Source of the DNA: Paragordius varius
Lineage: Eukaryota; Animalia; Nematomorpha
Direction of reading: 5' to 3'
DNA length: 64,000 nt
Assembly (NCBI GenBank): GCA_964247055.1
Contig: OZ176050.1
Location: forward strand, 11,408,001-11,472,000
Below are positions 1 through 14,700 of the stretch, in pieces. The notes below the pieces were generated by a model that made no database searches, was not told where the DNA came from, and saw only the letters and a list, made by a program, of their open reading frames with translations. Both the position numbers and the translations under genes were made by a program. Position 1 is the stretch's first letter, and every line of letters starts with the position of its first letter.

Positions 1-3000
1 AGAGCGTAAAAATATTTTATATATTTTATGAAACACAACTTGGTAAAAAAGCGATCATAGTCAAACTCTTTCGAAACTTCTACTGGAATGACATATTTAT
101 AAAATTGACTTTTTTCCTCTATGTATTTATGATAAAGAGACAAGAATAATATTTACATTAACAATTATTTAAATTTAGAGCCATATTTTATTAGTTTTTA
201 CCTAATAAAATATAACCTTTTCTATAACATAAATGAATATTTCCATTGTTTTTGACAAATAGTAGTATAACTATTTCAAATTTATCAATACCTATGGGGT
301 TATTGTTTTGAATCATTGTTGAAGCATTGGATTTATTTAGATGGTTGTGGCCATAATTTGCATCGACATGATTGGTGGGCAAATGTTCCATTTCATAATA
401 ATACCAAATTCCCAAAGGTTTGTTAAATATGCTATCAGCTAAAATAGGAAGTATAGGGCACTAATTCAAAATATGAGCCTAAAAATAAAAGGCTAATATT
501 TTTTATAAGGGTAACAATATTTTAAACCACGATAAATTATGCAACCCGCAAAAAATTTAAAAAAACTACCAAATTTTAAAATAAAAAAATACTACTCACA
601 AAATATAAGTAAAATTGATATTTCTTAAACAGATATTCCAAATACGTGTCTTCATTTGGAAATGAAATAGTAAAAATTGTTAAAAGATATAGTAACTTAA
701 TATTTATAAAGTATGTTTGTTTGAAATCTAATAAAATATTTGTAAAATCCCATATATTTTTTAAATCCCGTTTTAAACCCTTTATATTTATCCTTTGGGT
801 AAGGAATAGAGATGTTAATTTGTAAAACTCAAGTTTTTATTTCACATTTGTATTAATATAGATTAATTGTACAATTTCACAAGAATCATAAAATATGGTT
901 TTCTTTACAAAAAATATTAGTTTTTTATTTTTGTATTTTATCTTAACAATTTTAATTGATTGTAAATATACATACAATTATCAAGACTATCCTCTGTTGC
1001 AAATGAGGCACGTTTATATGCACACAAAAATTGCGATACAGAACCATTAATTTCTATTCCCAATTTATCGCTTTTGTGTTTATTGGTGGTGTAGGGAAAA
1101 TCACTAACAACATGTTTACTGCCAGTGTGGAATTTTAAGCGTTTCCCTTTTGAAAGCACAAAAAAATATGCTGTTAACGTTAAAAATGGGGTACAAATAT
1201 CGATGTGAAATTAGGTTTTTTACAGGTAAAAAATGAAAACCGATCGATGACCGCTTAAAATACAGTCCTTAACGGTAACCAATCGATTAGTACCACAGAT
1301 GTAATTAAGTGTTTTAAATAAATAAAAACGAAACGGAATTAACCAAAATATTTCGTTTTAAATGTTAAAATATAAATAAAAATGACAAATGTTAATTAAA
1401 TCTTTTTACTTTTTTTTAACCTAGATTGTAAATAAGCGTCAATATTTATTACATTACACAATAAACCCATTAACATTTTTTGAAAAATTATTTTTGAGTA
1501 TAATCAACAGTCAATGCATTAATAACCGGTTAAATCCGGTCTAGAGATCGAAACATTGCATTAATTACCTTTGATGTACGTTTCAACGAAAACTAAAAGT
1601 GTATGTACGACCAAAAAATAATTGTTGGTTGTTAGTGTGTGTGTCACGATAAACGTCAATATTTCGCAACATTTCGTAAATGAAAAAACGTGATGCGGTT
1701 TAAGTCTAACGCGGACCGTATTAAAATCACTGGGTTGGCGATTTTGAAAATCGGGTGTACCAATGCGTTGAATTACTTGCTGATTAATAAATGATGATGG
1801 GAAGGAATAAGGTTCAAGTTGATTCTAAAATAAATTTAACAAATTTATTATAATTAAAAGTTTAGTAATATACAACTATATAGAAGGGAACAATAGGGTT
1901 GAACAATAATTTAATACCTTTTCCACGAAATACCATTCATCTCTTTTGCTATTATCCTCGGATGATGGTTGTGCTATAAAAATTGAATATAAATAAACAT
2001 GATTTATATGATTTTTTTTAAAATCTATAACAAAGATTCAATTTTAATTTACCAAATAGGATTCACCATATTTTAATAAGATATGATTTCTGTTGCACTT
2101 TTTTTTATTAAATATATATGCATTTATTATTCATTTACTCTTTATTGATAAAATTAGGATTGATTTGAAGAAACTTAATATTCACCACCTATATTTTTTA
2201 TAGTTTTTTAATAAAATTATAAAAATGTAACAAAACTAAAAGTAATCCAAAACAACTTACTACTGTGCACATTATCTTCTGCGGGACAGGCACCCTCATT
2301 TTCAGCTGTCGGATTATTTATGATATCCGGCAAGCAACCTTTATTATCGTTCTGACTTTGTTCTTGATTTATAGTATCGATTGTACTTTTGCTATCAGTT
2401 TCCAATTTTTGTGTAGGACTCCGCCCTCCCAATGAAAAGTCGTCCACCATATACAATGGTTCTTCACTAATCGATGTAGCACATATCGCTGGTCCTATTC
2501 GCTCTAAACAAGCCAAAATAACACACCAATCCTGAACACTCAGTTCAAAGGTTTGAGTTGTCGAATCAATCGCTATCAAAGTGCTTTGATTCAATTTAAC
2601 AAACTCAAAAAGTCCAGCGGCACAATGTGGGCTAAGTCTTGTTTCAAAATAATTTGGTGCTGTAGAGTTATAAACATAAACATTGCTGGCAAAATCATCG
2701 ATTTCACGCAACGGTCGATTTTTAACGTTTTTAGTTGAGGTGGGAGCAGGAGTGATATGAGTATGACGACCCATATCATGATGATGATTGGAGTCTGTAA
2801 ATAAATATCCAAAATAAGGCACCGACCGACCGATAAAAATATTAGAATTTATTTTATGATAGAGCATAAAATATCGGGAATATAATTCAGTGTTTATTTT
2901 AATATAGAAACACAATTTAATAAGCAAAAAGACCGCTGTCATTTCGACAAGCCTATATGATTTGGGTTTTTACTGGGTAAGATACCCCAACTCTAATTTT

Positions 3001-6000
3001 CACAAACCCTATCTATACTAATCATATTTTCACTAAAAATATTAAGGAAAAATATAAAACATGACAGTTTTTTCCACTTTTTAAATTTGAGCTCTAAATT
3101 TAAACACTTGGACTTTTACTTTACATATTTCAGGTCTTACCCTGTAAAATATTTAAAAAAATAAAAAAACCTGGTGTGTCTTCAATCATCAAAAAAATAC
3201 GGAGAGACCCTATAACGCGTGAAATCATATGTTGTTTGCGGGCCAATCGTGTTACAAGTCTAAGTAAACCTATAACGGCCCGTTCCAAAAAGAATTCGGA
3301 ATACGGTAAAATTTTTGTGGACAACGAAGGACTTTGATTTGGTTGAGGCGAATCTAAATTTAATGCTGACTGAGATGTTGTGAGGTTTTTTCTGTTTTAT
3401 ATAACAAATAAATGGTTAATTAGACTATTGTATTTATCTCGTTTGAAAAGATTTCATCGCATTAGTATTTTATTATTTGGTATTTGTTAAATCAAATGGT
3501 TTCTTATATTTTACATAAGGGCGAATCGAAAAACAGTAAATTGCAAGAGTAAATCCAAAATAATATTAATCACTTATTGTATCCTACCACCACAAACATG
3601 GTTATCAGTAAACAACATCACTTCTAATTTCAAATTATTTTACCTTTTGTTTAATAAGGCGTTTGGCCTTTTCGCACTCATAGTAGTTCTGAATGCAGTG
3701 TCTGTGTATTTGCCAGACCTTCGATTTATACCGACAGCAGTTATACGGAAACCATTATCCAAATCAAACATTTTTCCATCCCGGTTTGCGGCGGGAAAAT
3801 GAGCATTTTCATTGTATAGCGCATGGCGATATTCGCGACATCGATTCACGATTATGTCATAAAAATAGGATCTAATAGCTGGCCAAGCGAATTCAATTCT
3901 GTCTCTATTACCGTTGAAGAACGCAACAGTGTACAGAAATAATGCAATTATTATGACACAAAAGTAAAAACTAGAGGATTAATATTTTTCATGAGGGCCA
4001 CCATTTTATACATAAATATACCTTAGTATTACCAATAAATCTTAACGTTTTGAGTTGCAAAAATTTGATAGAAATTAAAACTTGCAACATTTTTAATTTT
4101 ATTTCACACTTCTAATTATGGTATTAAATTAAGGCTTGAAAAATATGGCTGTCTGTCTAAAAATAAGTTAAAACTGAATGATTGATTGCCAGACTGACTA
4201 TTATTGTCAAAACCAAACCCTAGTTATAAGATGAAATAAAATAGTTAATACCTATTTTGTATAATAACGCGAATAAGTAATTCTAGCGTAAAAACAAGAT
4301 AATCCTCTGATAACGGTTGTTCGCCCAAATTTGGTGAAACATAATTTGACCGACTGCTAGGCATGTTAATCCCATCTAAAAACCACAAATTTATATATAT
4401 ATATATATATGATGATGATTTGAAGTGTTTTATGAAAAAATATTCTTTTAGTTTTTTGAATTTATTTTTATAATTCAATTTTTCACTGTTTTATACGATA
4501 GATTTTACAATTTTTTATGGAAATTTTTTTCCTGACAACACTTTTGTAAGAATATAAATATACTTTCATAATCCTCATTGTTTTGATTTGAATCCTCTGA
4601 TTTTGTGGTAGTTGCATCAGTACGATATAGCAAATCACTTGAGGTTATAATCATTAAACTCTATACATGTATATGGTTATAAAAAATTAAAAGAAATTTC
4701 TCTCAAATAAATAAAAATGTTATATTTGTATTAAGAATAATTAACACATTTTCAATGCTTCATTTTCATGGTAATAATCAATGTCCAACAAATAGTTGGG
4801 AAAAGGAGATTTAAACCAGGGCTTGGAATCAGAACCGCAAAAACTGGCAGAACAGTTTTAATATTTTAAAAACCGTTTTGGAACAAGTTCCAATTTTTAA
4901 ATAAGCGGTTCTGGATCCGCAAAAATGTAAACAACAGGAACCGAACCAGTTAAATTTTTTAGAATCGTTTCAGAACAGTTGTATGGTAGAGACAAAATAA
5001 TTCATTAAAAGCTTTCAGTATTGTATACCATTATATAGTACTTTAAAATACATCGAGCAATTTATTTTTTCAGATTTTTATAATGTCTGATGAGTTAGAT
5101 TGAAAAATAGATTTATAATGGAATGTTTGCTTAATAGAGAGCAGCAACAACTTAAAAATCCAATGCTTTTCTCTGCAGTGTATTTGGATCTTCGTTTTAA
5201 AGGGGAGCTTTCATACGAAGAAAAATGCACTACAAGAAATAACCGATTGGCTTTAACAGACGTATTACGTCGAATGAAGTAAGACATGGTGGGCGATACT
5301 TTTGAATTGTATTTAATGAGAAAAAAATGAACACTCAAATAATATTATAAATGATATAATATTGGAATTATGGGAACATTTAAAGTTTAAAAATCGCATA
5401 TCACATAACTTTGTTAAAATAACTATGGAAATAATGGCATCCCAAGTATTTTATAATTACTAATATTTTAGGTCAGTGTGGATAAATCATTTTTAACTTT
5501 AAAATTTATTTGTTCGAATCTTAAATCCTCATTGTTCCAAGAGAGTCTGAAAGCCATCCTTTTTTTAAAAATTTAACAAAATTATATTAGATATAATATA
5601 ATTTTTATAGAACCTTTGTAGATGTACTAATATATAAAATATATAAATACTTAATTTTACACTTATCCAATGGTTAGTTGATTATATTGTCAATAATTAA
5701 TTAAAAATAGGTGCTTACATGTGTATGTTTTTGAAATAATTATCAGGTATTTGGATATATAATCTGAACCATTTTTAGACGGTTATATCTATAGAGAACC
5801 GGTGATGGAACTAAAAAAAGGGACCACCCAAACCCGAACAGTTATGAAATTTTGAGAACTGTTTTAGAACAGATTATAGGTTCGGGTTCTAAGCCCTAAA
5901 TAACACGAGTTACAATATTAATTAATACCCAGAAAATATAATTATTTTTTCCCTTACATTCAATAATTCTTGTAGGGCTTCAAGCTTCAAAAATTTGCTA

Positions 6001-8719
6001 TCAAACACGAGGCTATTAGGTTGACATTCTTCGGCTATAAACTTCCGCGCAGTTTCAATATGTTGTCGATCTGTTTCGCTAAATTCTTTGATTCCACAAA
6101 ACAGCAAGAGTGTATAATCAATCGAACTCGATAAAATGTTATATATTTGACTGAGTGATATGTCTTGCGCTTCACGTATCGCACTTAATATTTTGTCCTT
6201 AAATAGATATATGGTGTATTTGTTGAAATAGTAGTAAGGAAACCCCGATTTATAAGAACGCAATCGACCAAAACTTTCAACGTTGTTAATGGGAACGTCA
6301 TTCCCATGTGACGACGATGTTGCTAAAGTTAGATATAAAAGTTAAATTTTTTTAACCTTAATTTTTCTAAATTTGAATTCATTTAAGAATCGTACTAATG
6401 CAACAAAGTACCCGATGTATTATTGTTGGCGTTATTGTTATGTAGAGTGGAACCACTACTCTCTAGTCTTTGTAGGAGGGCATCAATGTCGTATTCAGTG
6501 AAATCAAAGTCGGTGCAAAATGCATACGGAGTTTTCGATTTTTCCCCAGCATAGTTATTATAATGAAAACTTTTCCAAGGTTCTGTTGTATTGCCACCAA
6601 GAGAAGTCGATGTAGCATTATTTGAAGCAAAATACGAATAAAATGAGCTAAGAAATCCACCACCCCCAGAGTTTCCGGCAGAATTTGCAAAGGCCGAAGC
6701 CAAGTAAGATGAATTACCTACGGTGGAAAGGGGAAACGTTTCAACCAATTTGGCAAAACATTGCTCATAAGCCAGAGTGCCATTATTTGCAGCTGGTGCT
6801 GGTAAAATGAATGTAGTAACACCATAATTTTGTGGTGTGTGTAGATTCGTTTTCGTTTGTAAAGAAGTAGTATTAGAATTTTGACGATTAGTTTCATTTG
6901 TACGTTCTTGTTGGTTAGATCTATAAACGCACGCAAACAAATCAAATGTTTAATAATAAATTTTTTTCAAACTTATATATATATATATATATATATATAA
7001 CAAATCAGATTAAATTCACCCTTATTATACAATTCAAATTTACCCTCAAACAACTCAAATTCACCCTAAAACAAATTATATGTTTTTTAAGATTAAAAAT
7101 TATTTAAATTTTTTTAATTTTTAAAAAAAGAAATTACGTTTAAAATTAATATAATACTGAAAAAATAATAAAATAGGCCATAAGATTATATTTCTTATTA
7201 ATAATCAGATATATTAGGCCAAAAACACATAATTCATTTTTAGGGTCATTTTGAATCGTATATGGTATATATAACAAATCAAGATTAATATGCAATATTT
7301 TTTACTCAAAATTAGTAGTGGGCACATATGGCTGTTGCTGTTCAGTAGCTAATATTGGCACTGCAGTTAATGTTGTTGGTGTACTTATTACGACATACTT
7401 TGGTGTGGCATGTAAGTAAGGACCGCTATGATAATGATATCGTACCCGATAGTTATATCGTGTCCGTGGATCAGGATAGTAAAAACGTTCACGGAGAACT
7501 CGACATAATGGAATACGGCCTGATAAGCTTAAATAATCTTCAAGTTCCATAAAAGAGCCAGCTGGTAACATACCAAGTCCAAGGAGTTCGTAAAAAGCGT
7601 ACAAAAAGTATCGCCAACCCTCATCATGACTTACAAAATCGAAATGAAAATATAAGCGTAAGGTAAAACACGTAAAAACTAAATTAAAAGACAAATATTT
7701 TTACTCTATAAAGACAACCCCATATTTTAAAGATAACTTATCATTTTAAGTTACAAAATAAGGGGGAATAGAAATGTATGTAAATTGTTTGGTAACAGAC
7801 TCTATCACACTATATTTCATAATTGTAATCATATAAAAGTTAGTGTATCGACAGCAACTCCCGTAATTAGAAAAAATAAATTTCACTTTTAGAATTTTAA
7901 TTTGCATTGTTTAGTGTAATAGTGAAAGTCAAAATACTAATAACTATAAAATAAAATTTTTTTACTCATTTTTATTTAAATGTTTACTGTAAACTATCCC
8001 CATGACATTTAACTGTAGCAAATAAAGTTTGCAAAGCCCGTAAAGCCTTGTATGATGAACCCAAGCCAATAGCGCGTTCGAACGAAGGTAAGGAAGTACC
8101 CCAACCCCCAGCTAAAGGGTTAAAAGAATTAATATTAACACTACTATTATTATCGGTTCCGAAAGACGTGGTTGTGTTGTAATTGAAGAAAAGATTATTA
8201 TCCACTGTAGATATGGTAGATGATGAGATTGGGACATGATGGCTAGAATTTAAAATGGTACTTCCACCAGTTAGTTGAGAAACTGTGGCATTGAAATTTG
8301 TTGGATCCGAGTATAAGCCGGAGCTGGTACCTAAATTGACCCATGAGTAATTCAAGAAATGTTAAAAAATAGTTACTACGGTATAAAAAAACATTAAAAC
8401 TGCGAACCTCTGGATTAAAATATTTATGGCAAACTTAACAGAGAGCAAAATTTATTTATTAATTAATAGTAAACTAAGGTAAAATGTATATTAGATATTT
8501 ACTGTTATGTATAACTTTAAATCGATAATTGAGAATTAAAAAAGGGATAATTGCGTCGTGCTGAAGAGCTTTAAATGTTTTTTATGTTTTCACTGAAAGT
8601 TTTTACTGTCATGTACCTCTAAATCGATAAATTAGAATTAAAAAAGGGATAATGCGTCGTGCTGAAGAACTTAAATGTTTTTTATGTTTTCAATGAAAGT
8701 TTTAATATATTATAAACCG

Positions 8720-8765
<46 letters not shown>

Positions 8766-11700
8766 GTAATGGATACAAACTTAATTTCGGTGACAAGCCA
8801 CTAATTTTGACCAAGGCAATACATATCTTATCAATGATATCCGAGCGTTGTAATCGATCAGCAATTTCAGCACAATGTGATAAACACTGCATTATGGTAT
8901 CCACCAAAGTTGCATTATTATTTGCCATACTACTTTTCCATTTTGAATGCGGATTCTTGGCCACAGAACTATTTTCTGGCTCCTTATCATCATTAGTAGA
9001 TTGTACGACCATAGGTTCTGATGGTATTTTATCAAAAACGTAAAGATTGGATGCTAGGACCGGTCCCCACAAAAGTTTAAACATATCCGAATAATACGGT
9101 GAAACACGTGGTGCATTGTTTAATTTTGGATTATCATTGCCATAATCTAATTCATGGGTTTTTGGTTTCGACTGATGTGATTCGCCATCCAATAAAATAT
9201 AATGGTATAGGGGTGAATGCCTACGACGAAGCATAATCTATAGATGAAATATGAAGGGATATTTCGTTGGATTTTACAAAAATATACTAATTTTAGAAAG
9301 ACAGATAATATAAATTTCGTATTTTATATCAGTAATTAAAGATTGGATATAATTGTGATGTAAAACATTAAAATCATTAAATTTGACAAAATTATATTAT
9401 ATCGTCTTTTAAATTTTTCATTCGCATATAAAGTCAATCTTATACTATAATTTTCAACAATAAACTAATATTTTAAATGACAAATACCTATAATAATATC
9501 TTTATATATATTAAGACATATTTATAAATTTTTTTTTGTATAATTTCATTACCTTCCATACGTAATTATCGCGCACGAGTCCAGTTTGTTCAGCAGGCAT
9601 GACAATTTCTTCTGATTTAATTGCATTGTAAATTTCAGTGAGCATTTGCTCATCAAAATTTCCACCACCATTAACTTTTCTCAAGTTTTTGATAAAATCC
9701 TATAGCATCGAAACGTTTAATATTTAAAAAAGGTAAGTTTTGTGTGCAAAGAAACTGTATATACCATTTACACCCCCAATTCATAAAACTTAAACACTTC
9801 AAACACATCATATTTCAAGTTACCCTTGAACATAAAAGTAAATTCGATATAGTAAATTTAAATATTATATAATCTTAACAGTATTATTACTTAATCTACA
9901 AATTTATATTTATTAATTAAACTTTGTTTTTACCTCAACAGACATTGGATTCATTTGTTTCTTGACTAATTGATGGTGTTGATCCACATTCAACATAATT
10001 ATAGCATATGCCAAGGCAAATGCGGCATCTTCGTTAACAAACGGTTCCCCATTACTAACCTAGAAATGATTTTTATAAAAAAGCCAGTAAACATTTATGA
10101 ACACTTATAAAAGAAATATTACGACAACTGGTTTTATTTAATATTACAAAAACACTTTGAAATCGGTTCATTTCAACATAAGTTTTATTGATATGATTCA
10201 AATGTTCAATTTTTAAAATAGAAATAATCATATATGTTATACAATTCATCTGGTAAAAAATTTATATTAAAACCAACATAAAAACGAAAAGTCAAATTAA
10301 ATAACCATTAATATATAAGAAATGAAATATTCACACTTTATGTCTAAATATGCTTAATGATTATAAAACCAAAAAAACAACTATACTGATAGCTAAATCT
10401 TTAGTACACATATATAATACTGTATTAAACAAATATATCCTATGCAAGTTTTTTTAAAATGTCTAATAGCCAGTAATTACATACATGCCAATGATGAGCG
10501 AATTGTTCAAGCATAAGTGAGATAAGAGGTGCTTCCCCAGGCAGCCTAAAAGCTTCCAAATACATTCGCAACGCTTCGTCAATTCGTGTATTCACAAATT
10601 CAAACGAACTATTTTGGATTGCAAAATTATGGAATATGTATGAAAATTAGAAAGAAAACATAGAAAAAATATTACAATTGTAAATTTGATTAAATAATGT
10701 ATAAATCTAAATTAAAGGTAATATCAATTCTGTAAATTCACTATAAAACAAAAATATTATTGTTTTGTATTGCACTAATGTTAATAAAGATAAGTACAGG
10801 TAAAATTGACAAAACGTAAAAACTAAAAGACAGTTATCTTTTGATATCAAAAACAATATTTTTTAACCCTTGAATTTTCCTCTAAATCAAAATGATGATT
10901 ACAAGTATGAAAAATTTAATTTTTGCTTATGCATCAATGCGTACAGTGATTTGATAAAATGAGATATTACTTAGCAAATGCCTTTAAGGTTTCCAAATTT
11001 TTGCGGTTACTGAGATATTCACCCAACTGTTTTTTGTCAAGGTTAGGATTTTCACGTAAAAATTTGGCTATTTCCTGAGTTTCATCAAAGCTTTCATCGT
11101 TTATACAGGAGTTATCAGTGTTATCCCCATTTATAATATCGGAACCAAACGCTTTTTCTCGATGTAAAAGGTGTAAACGGCGAAAAAAGCTCATATCCTT
11201 CAGGTATTGAATACCTTTCGATGGTTTATCATTAAATTTTTCCGTGCCAATGAGCAAAATCTATCAACAATAATAATATATTTACCTATTTAACACCCTT
11301 GAACACTTATAATCAACATTAAACAATTCAATTTCCTATCTCCAACATATCAATAGTTTCACCCTAATTATAAATTATGTTTTCATCGGCTAAAATATTT
11401 AATTTAAGGTCAAATATTAATGTTTGTGGCTTTACCATTATTTTTCGTTTTACATAATATTTAGGCTTAAAAATATTAAATTTTTTGAAACATAATTATG
11501 TTGATATCGAATCTTAACTGTTTTAGGAGGTATTAAAATTTTTTGAAGGTAACATATAAATATATTGTCACTCCAACAATTCAACAAGTAATTGCACATA
11601 TAATTTATAATATACCATTTGCACTTCAAAAGTGTCCTTGAACATTTCAAGTTGGTCCTTGAACAATTCAAGTTGGTTCTTTGACTTTTTTGTTTTGTTT

Positions 11701-14700
11701 TTAACTTTTATCAATCAAATCGTAAATAATTCATCTATTTTATTGTTTTTAAGCTATTTTCTATTATTTAACATAAATTTTAAATCAATATCAACTTTTA
11801 ATCTTTGAGAAACCGTATACCTTTATTAATTTCTTAAAATAATTTTGGATATTTATAAGATTTTAACATGAAATGAAAAAAATAAGTTTTCTGGGTTAAT
11901 AATTAAAATTATTCATTGAAAACATTTAAAAGTCAATAATTTTGTTCAATTGAAAAAAAATTGTTTGAAACAAAAAAGTGGTTTTTAAATAAAATTTTTT
12001 ATTTTTAAATGAATAAATATATAATAAAATAAAGAAAATTAGGTTAATAAATAATAAATTAAAAAAATAAATGCAAAAATTATGGTTAAATCAAAATTTA
12101 TAAATTTAAAGGACCAACTTGAAGTGTTCAAGGACCAACTTGAAATGTCAAGGACAAACTTGAACTGTTCAAGGACCAATTTAAATTGTTCAAGGACCAA
12201 CTTGAACTGTTCAAGGACACTCTTGTAAATAGTATATAACAACCTTTTTTATATCCTTTAGGGTTGAATGTAAAGAGACATGGTTCGTCGTCAGTAAAAC
12301 TTGAGTATCCTTTTTATCAAAAGCAGCCTGATCAAACTTATCATTGATACTATTTTTCCCTTTGGTTTCCCCACTACCAACCTTTTTAGGGTATGTAGCC
12401 ATACAATAATCTGAGTTATTATCTGACATATAATTTTGTTGTTTTTGATCAAAAAAATGAGATTTTTCAATCATAACTGGACTACAGCTTGAAACATTGT
12501 CTTCAACGGCTGATGTCAGGGGAGAATTATCGGTGGATTTGGTGAGTAGTTTTGATTCTTTACCATTTATATTTTGTTCTTGTTCAGATGATAAGAAATC
12601 TCCTTCTATATTATTTACATCACTGTTTGATGATTTATTATTAAGCATATACATATTATTGGGGTGTGAACTTAACTTCTTATTTAAATTGAGTGATACA
12701 CCTAAATGATAATAAACGAAATGGAATACACTCTAAAAATTTGTTTTTAAATGCATAATCTAATCAATACTATATTGATTGACAATTTTTAAAATAGGAG
12801 GTCGTGAACAAAAATATTTGACAAAAAATTATAAATGGTCGACATAAAAATTCATAAAAAGATAAAAAAATTTAGCCCAAAAATTTTTCCATATAAAATG
12901 GCTTAATATTAAGCGTCTTATAAATATATTACTTAAAAATAGTTTTGTCCGTTTTTGCCTTTGAATAATGTTTCATATTTTACACAAAAAGCGTTTAATA
13001 GTATTAAATCATAATTTAAATCATTATCAACCACAATTATCTTAGTAGCCAAGAATATTGGGAGTAAAAAAATTATTTGTTGACCATACTTGTATTATAT
13101 TTATTAGTTAGTTGACAATGTTGATAAATATCATAAATCATCGCAATCAAGGATTCGAGTGATAACACATGCACGCTGTAAATTCCGGTAATAGGAAAAG
13201 AATTCTAAAAGAATAAATAAATTAAGACATAAATGAATGTATAATCAAAACAAATTTTTTAGGTTAAAATTAATTAAATACAAATTTTTATGGGGAAAAA
13301 AGAGGTTACTTTAGATAAGAGTTTAGTTAAATCTTCAAATATATCGGTTCCGTACAAATCACAATCGTAATTAAGGTAGAGCTCAGAGCAAAAATTTGGG
13401 AGTTTTAAGAATTGTAAAACGATATCAAGTATGCACTCTTTCTTCTGATACAAAACGCCTTCGGTGTTAATGATTTCGATCAATTTAGCAAAGAATAACT
13501 AGTAATAAAATATGTTTAAATCAAAGTATGACATAAATAAAAGACAATCATAGAAAAATTAACAAATATGCTAATTGTTTATAATTCAATAATGATTAAA
13601 AACCATATCGTGCAAAATTAGCAAACTGTATGAACTTTAATGCAATTCTTAATTATATATATATATAATCATAGTGTCCTCTTTTTATGTTTTGAAACTT
13701 ACACGTGTTCAAATAGAAACGATGTGCTTTCTAAAAAATGGGTCTCCAACTTCATAAAAGAGAATTAAATGCAAAAGCTGATTATTTCAATGGGAAATAA
13801 AGTAAAAAGCTTTATATTATTAATATATTTAGGCCTAAAAAAGTCCAAATATCCAATGAAGCCTCAATGATTCAAAACTTCAATGAGCGTGTTTAGGGTT
13901 TAAATTAAATTAAATTTCAAAAGACTCCCTAATTATTCGCATATTAAATTTATCTTAAATTCTAAAAAACATAGTAAAATCCAAAATTTAAAACATTAAC
14001 CATTAAATAAATCGTTTAAATATAAAATATTAACTAATGAATAATAATAATTCCAAACCTCCATTTGGTATTTCAAATATTGACGTGTTGATCGGAACAT
14101 AAAAAATGATAATCGTAAAGTCGATGCAATTATCGTAATCTTGTCAGATTTTAAAAGCTAAAACAAGAATTAAAAAATTGGGTTAAAATATATTTATTAA
14201 ACAATTAAAGGAAACAAGTATTAAATATTTTAATAAAATATTTTTCAAATATGTTTCCTAGGCACATAATCTAATATTTTTTATTATTGATTATGGCGTT
14301 ATTTTGTACATATTATGAGACATGAATGGACAACATCATAAATTTGCGATTGAATATAAAACTTGGAGAAGATTAGTTTACACAATTATATATTTTAAAA
14401 CTATTTTTCGTTATATTTTTTTAAAATTAACCTTAAACTTGATCAGAAATGTCAATGTCTAAGCATATATGTATATAAAAATGTAAAATAATTTTAAACC
14501 TCAATCAAATTTCGACACAATTTATCTTGAATGAGATTGAGAAAGTATGGGTTAGTAACCAGTAGTGATGATCTTGTTTCAAGCGCTATGGTTAAAAGAT
14601 TAAGGGAATATAGGATTTTTATGTCGGCATTGTTAGTTGAGTTTGACCTTTGTAAAGAAAATGATAAATATAATAGCTTAGAATATCAATCATAGAGGGT

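Noticed and set aside
3142-3170. Another micro-intron (29 nt) in GBF1
   Set aside because: Splicing it would leave a 1-nt exon and break phase; more likely one of two alternative in-phase donors (3171 or 3141) is used.
11450-12242. ORFs with repeated LEQFKLV peptides
   Set aside because: They are translations of the 21-bp MITE subrepeats inside an intron.
13700-13780. Extra GBF1 exon (good-looking GTAAGT donor)
   Set aside because: No frame fits both neighbours, and exons 14059-14157 and 13310-13498 join directly in phase with continuous homology.
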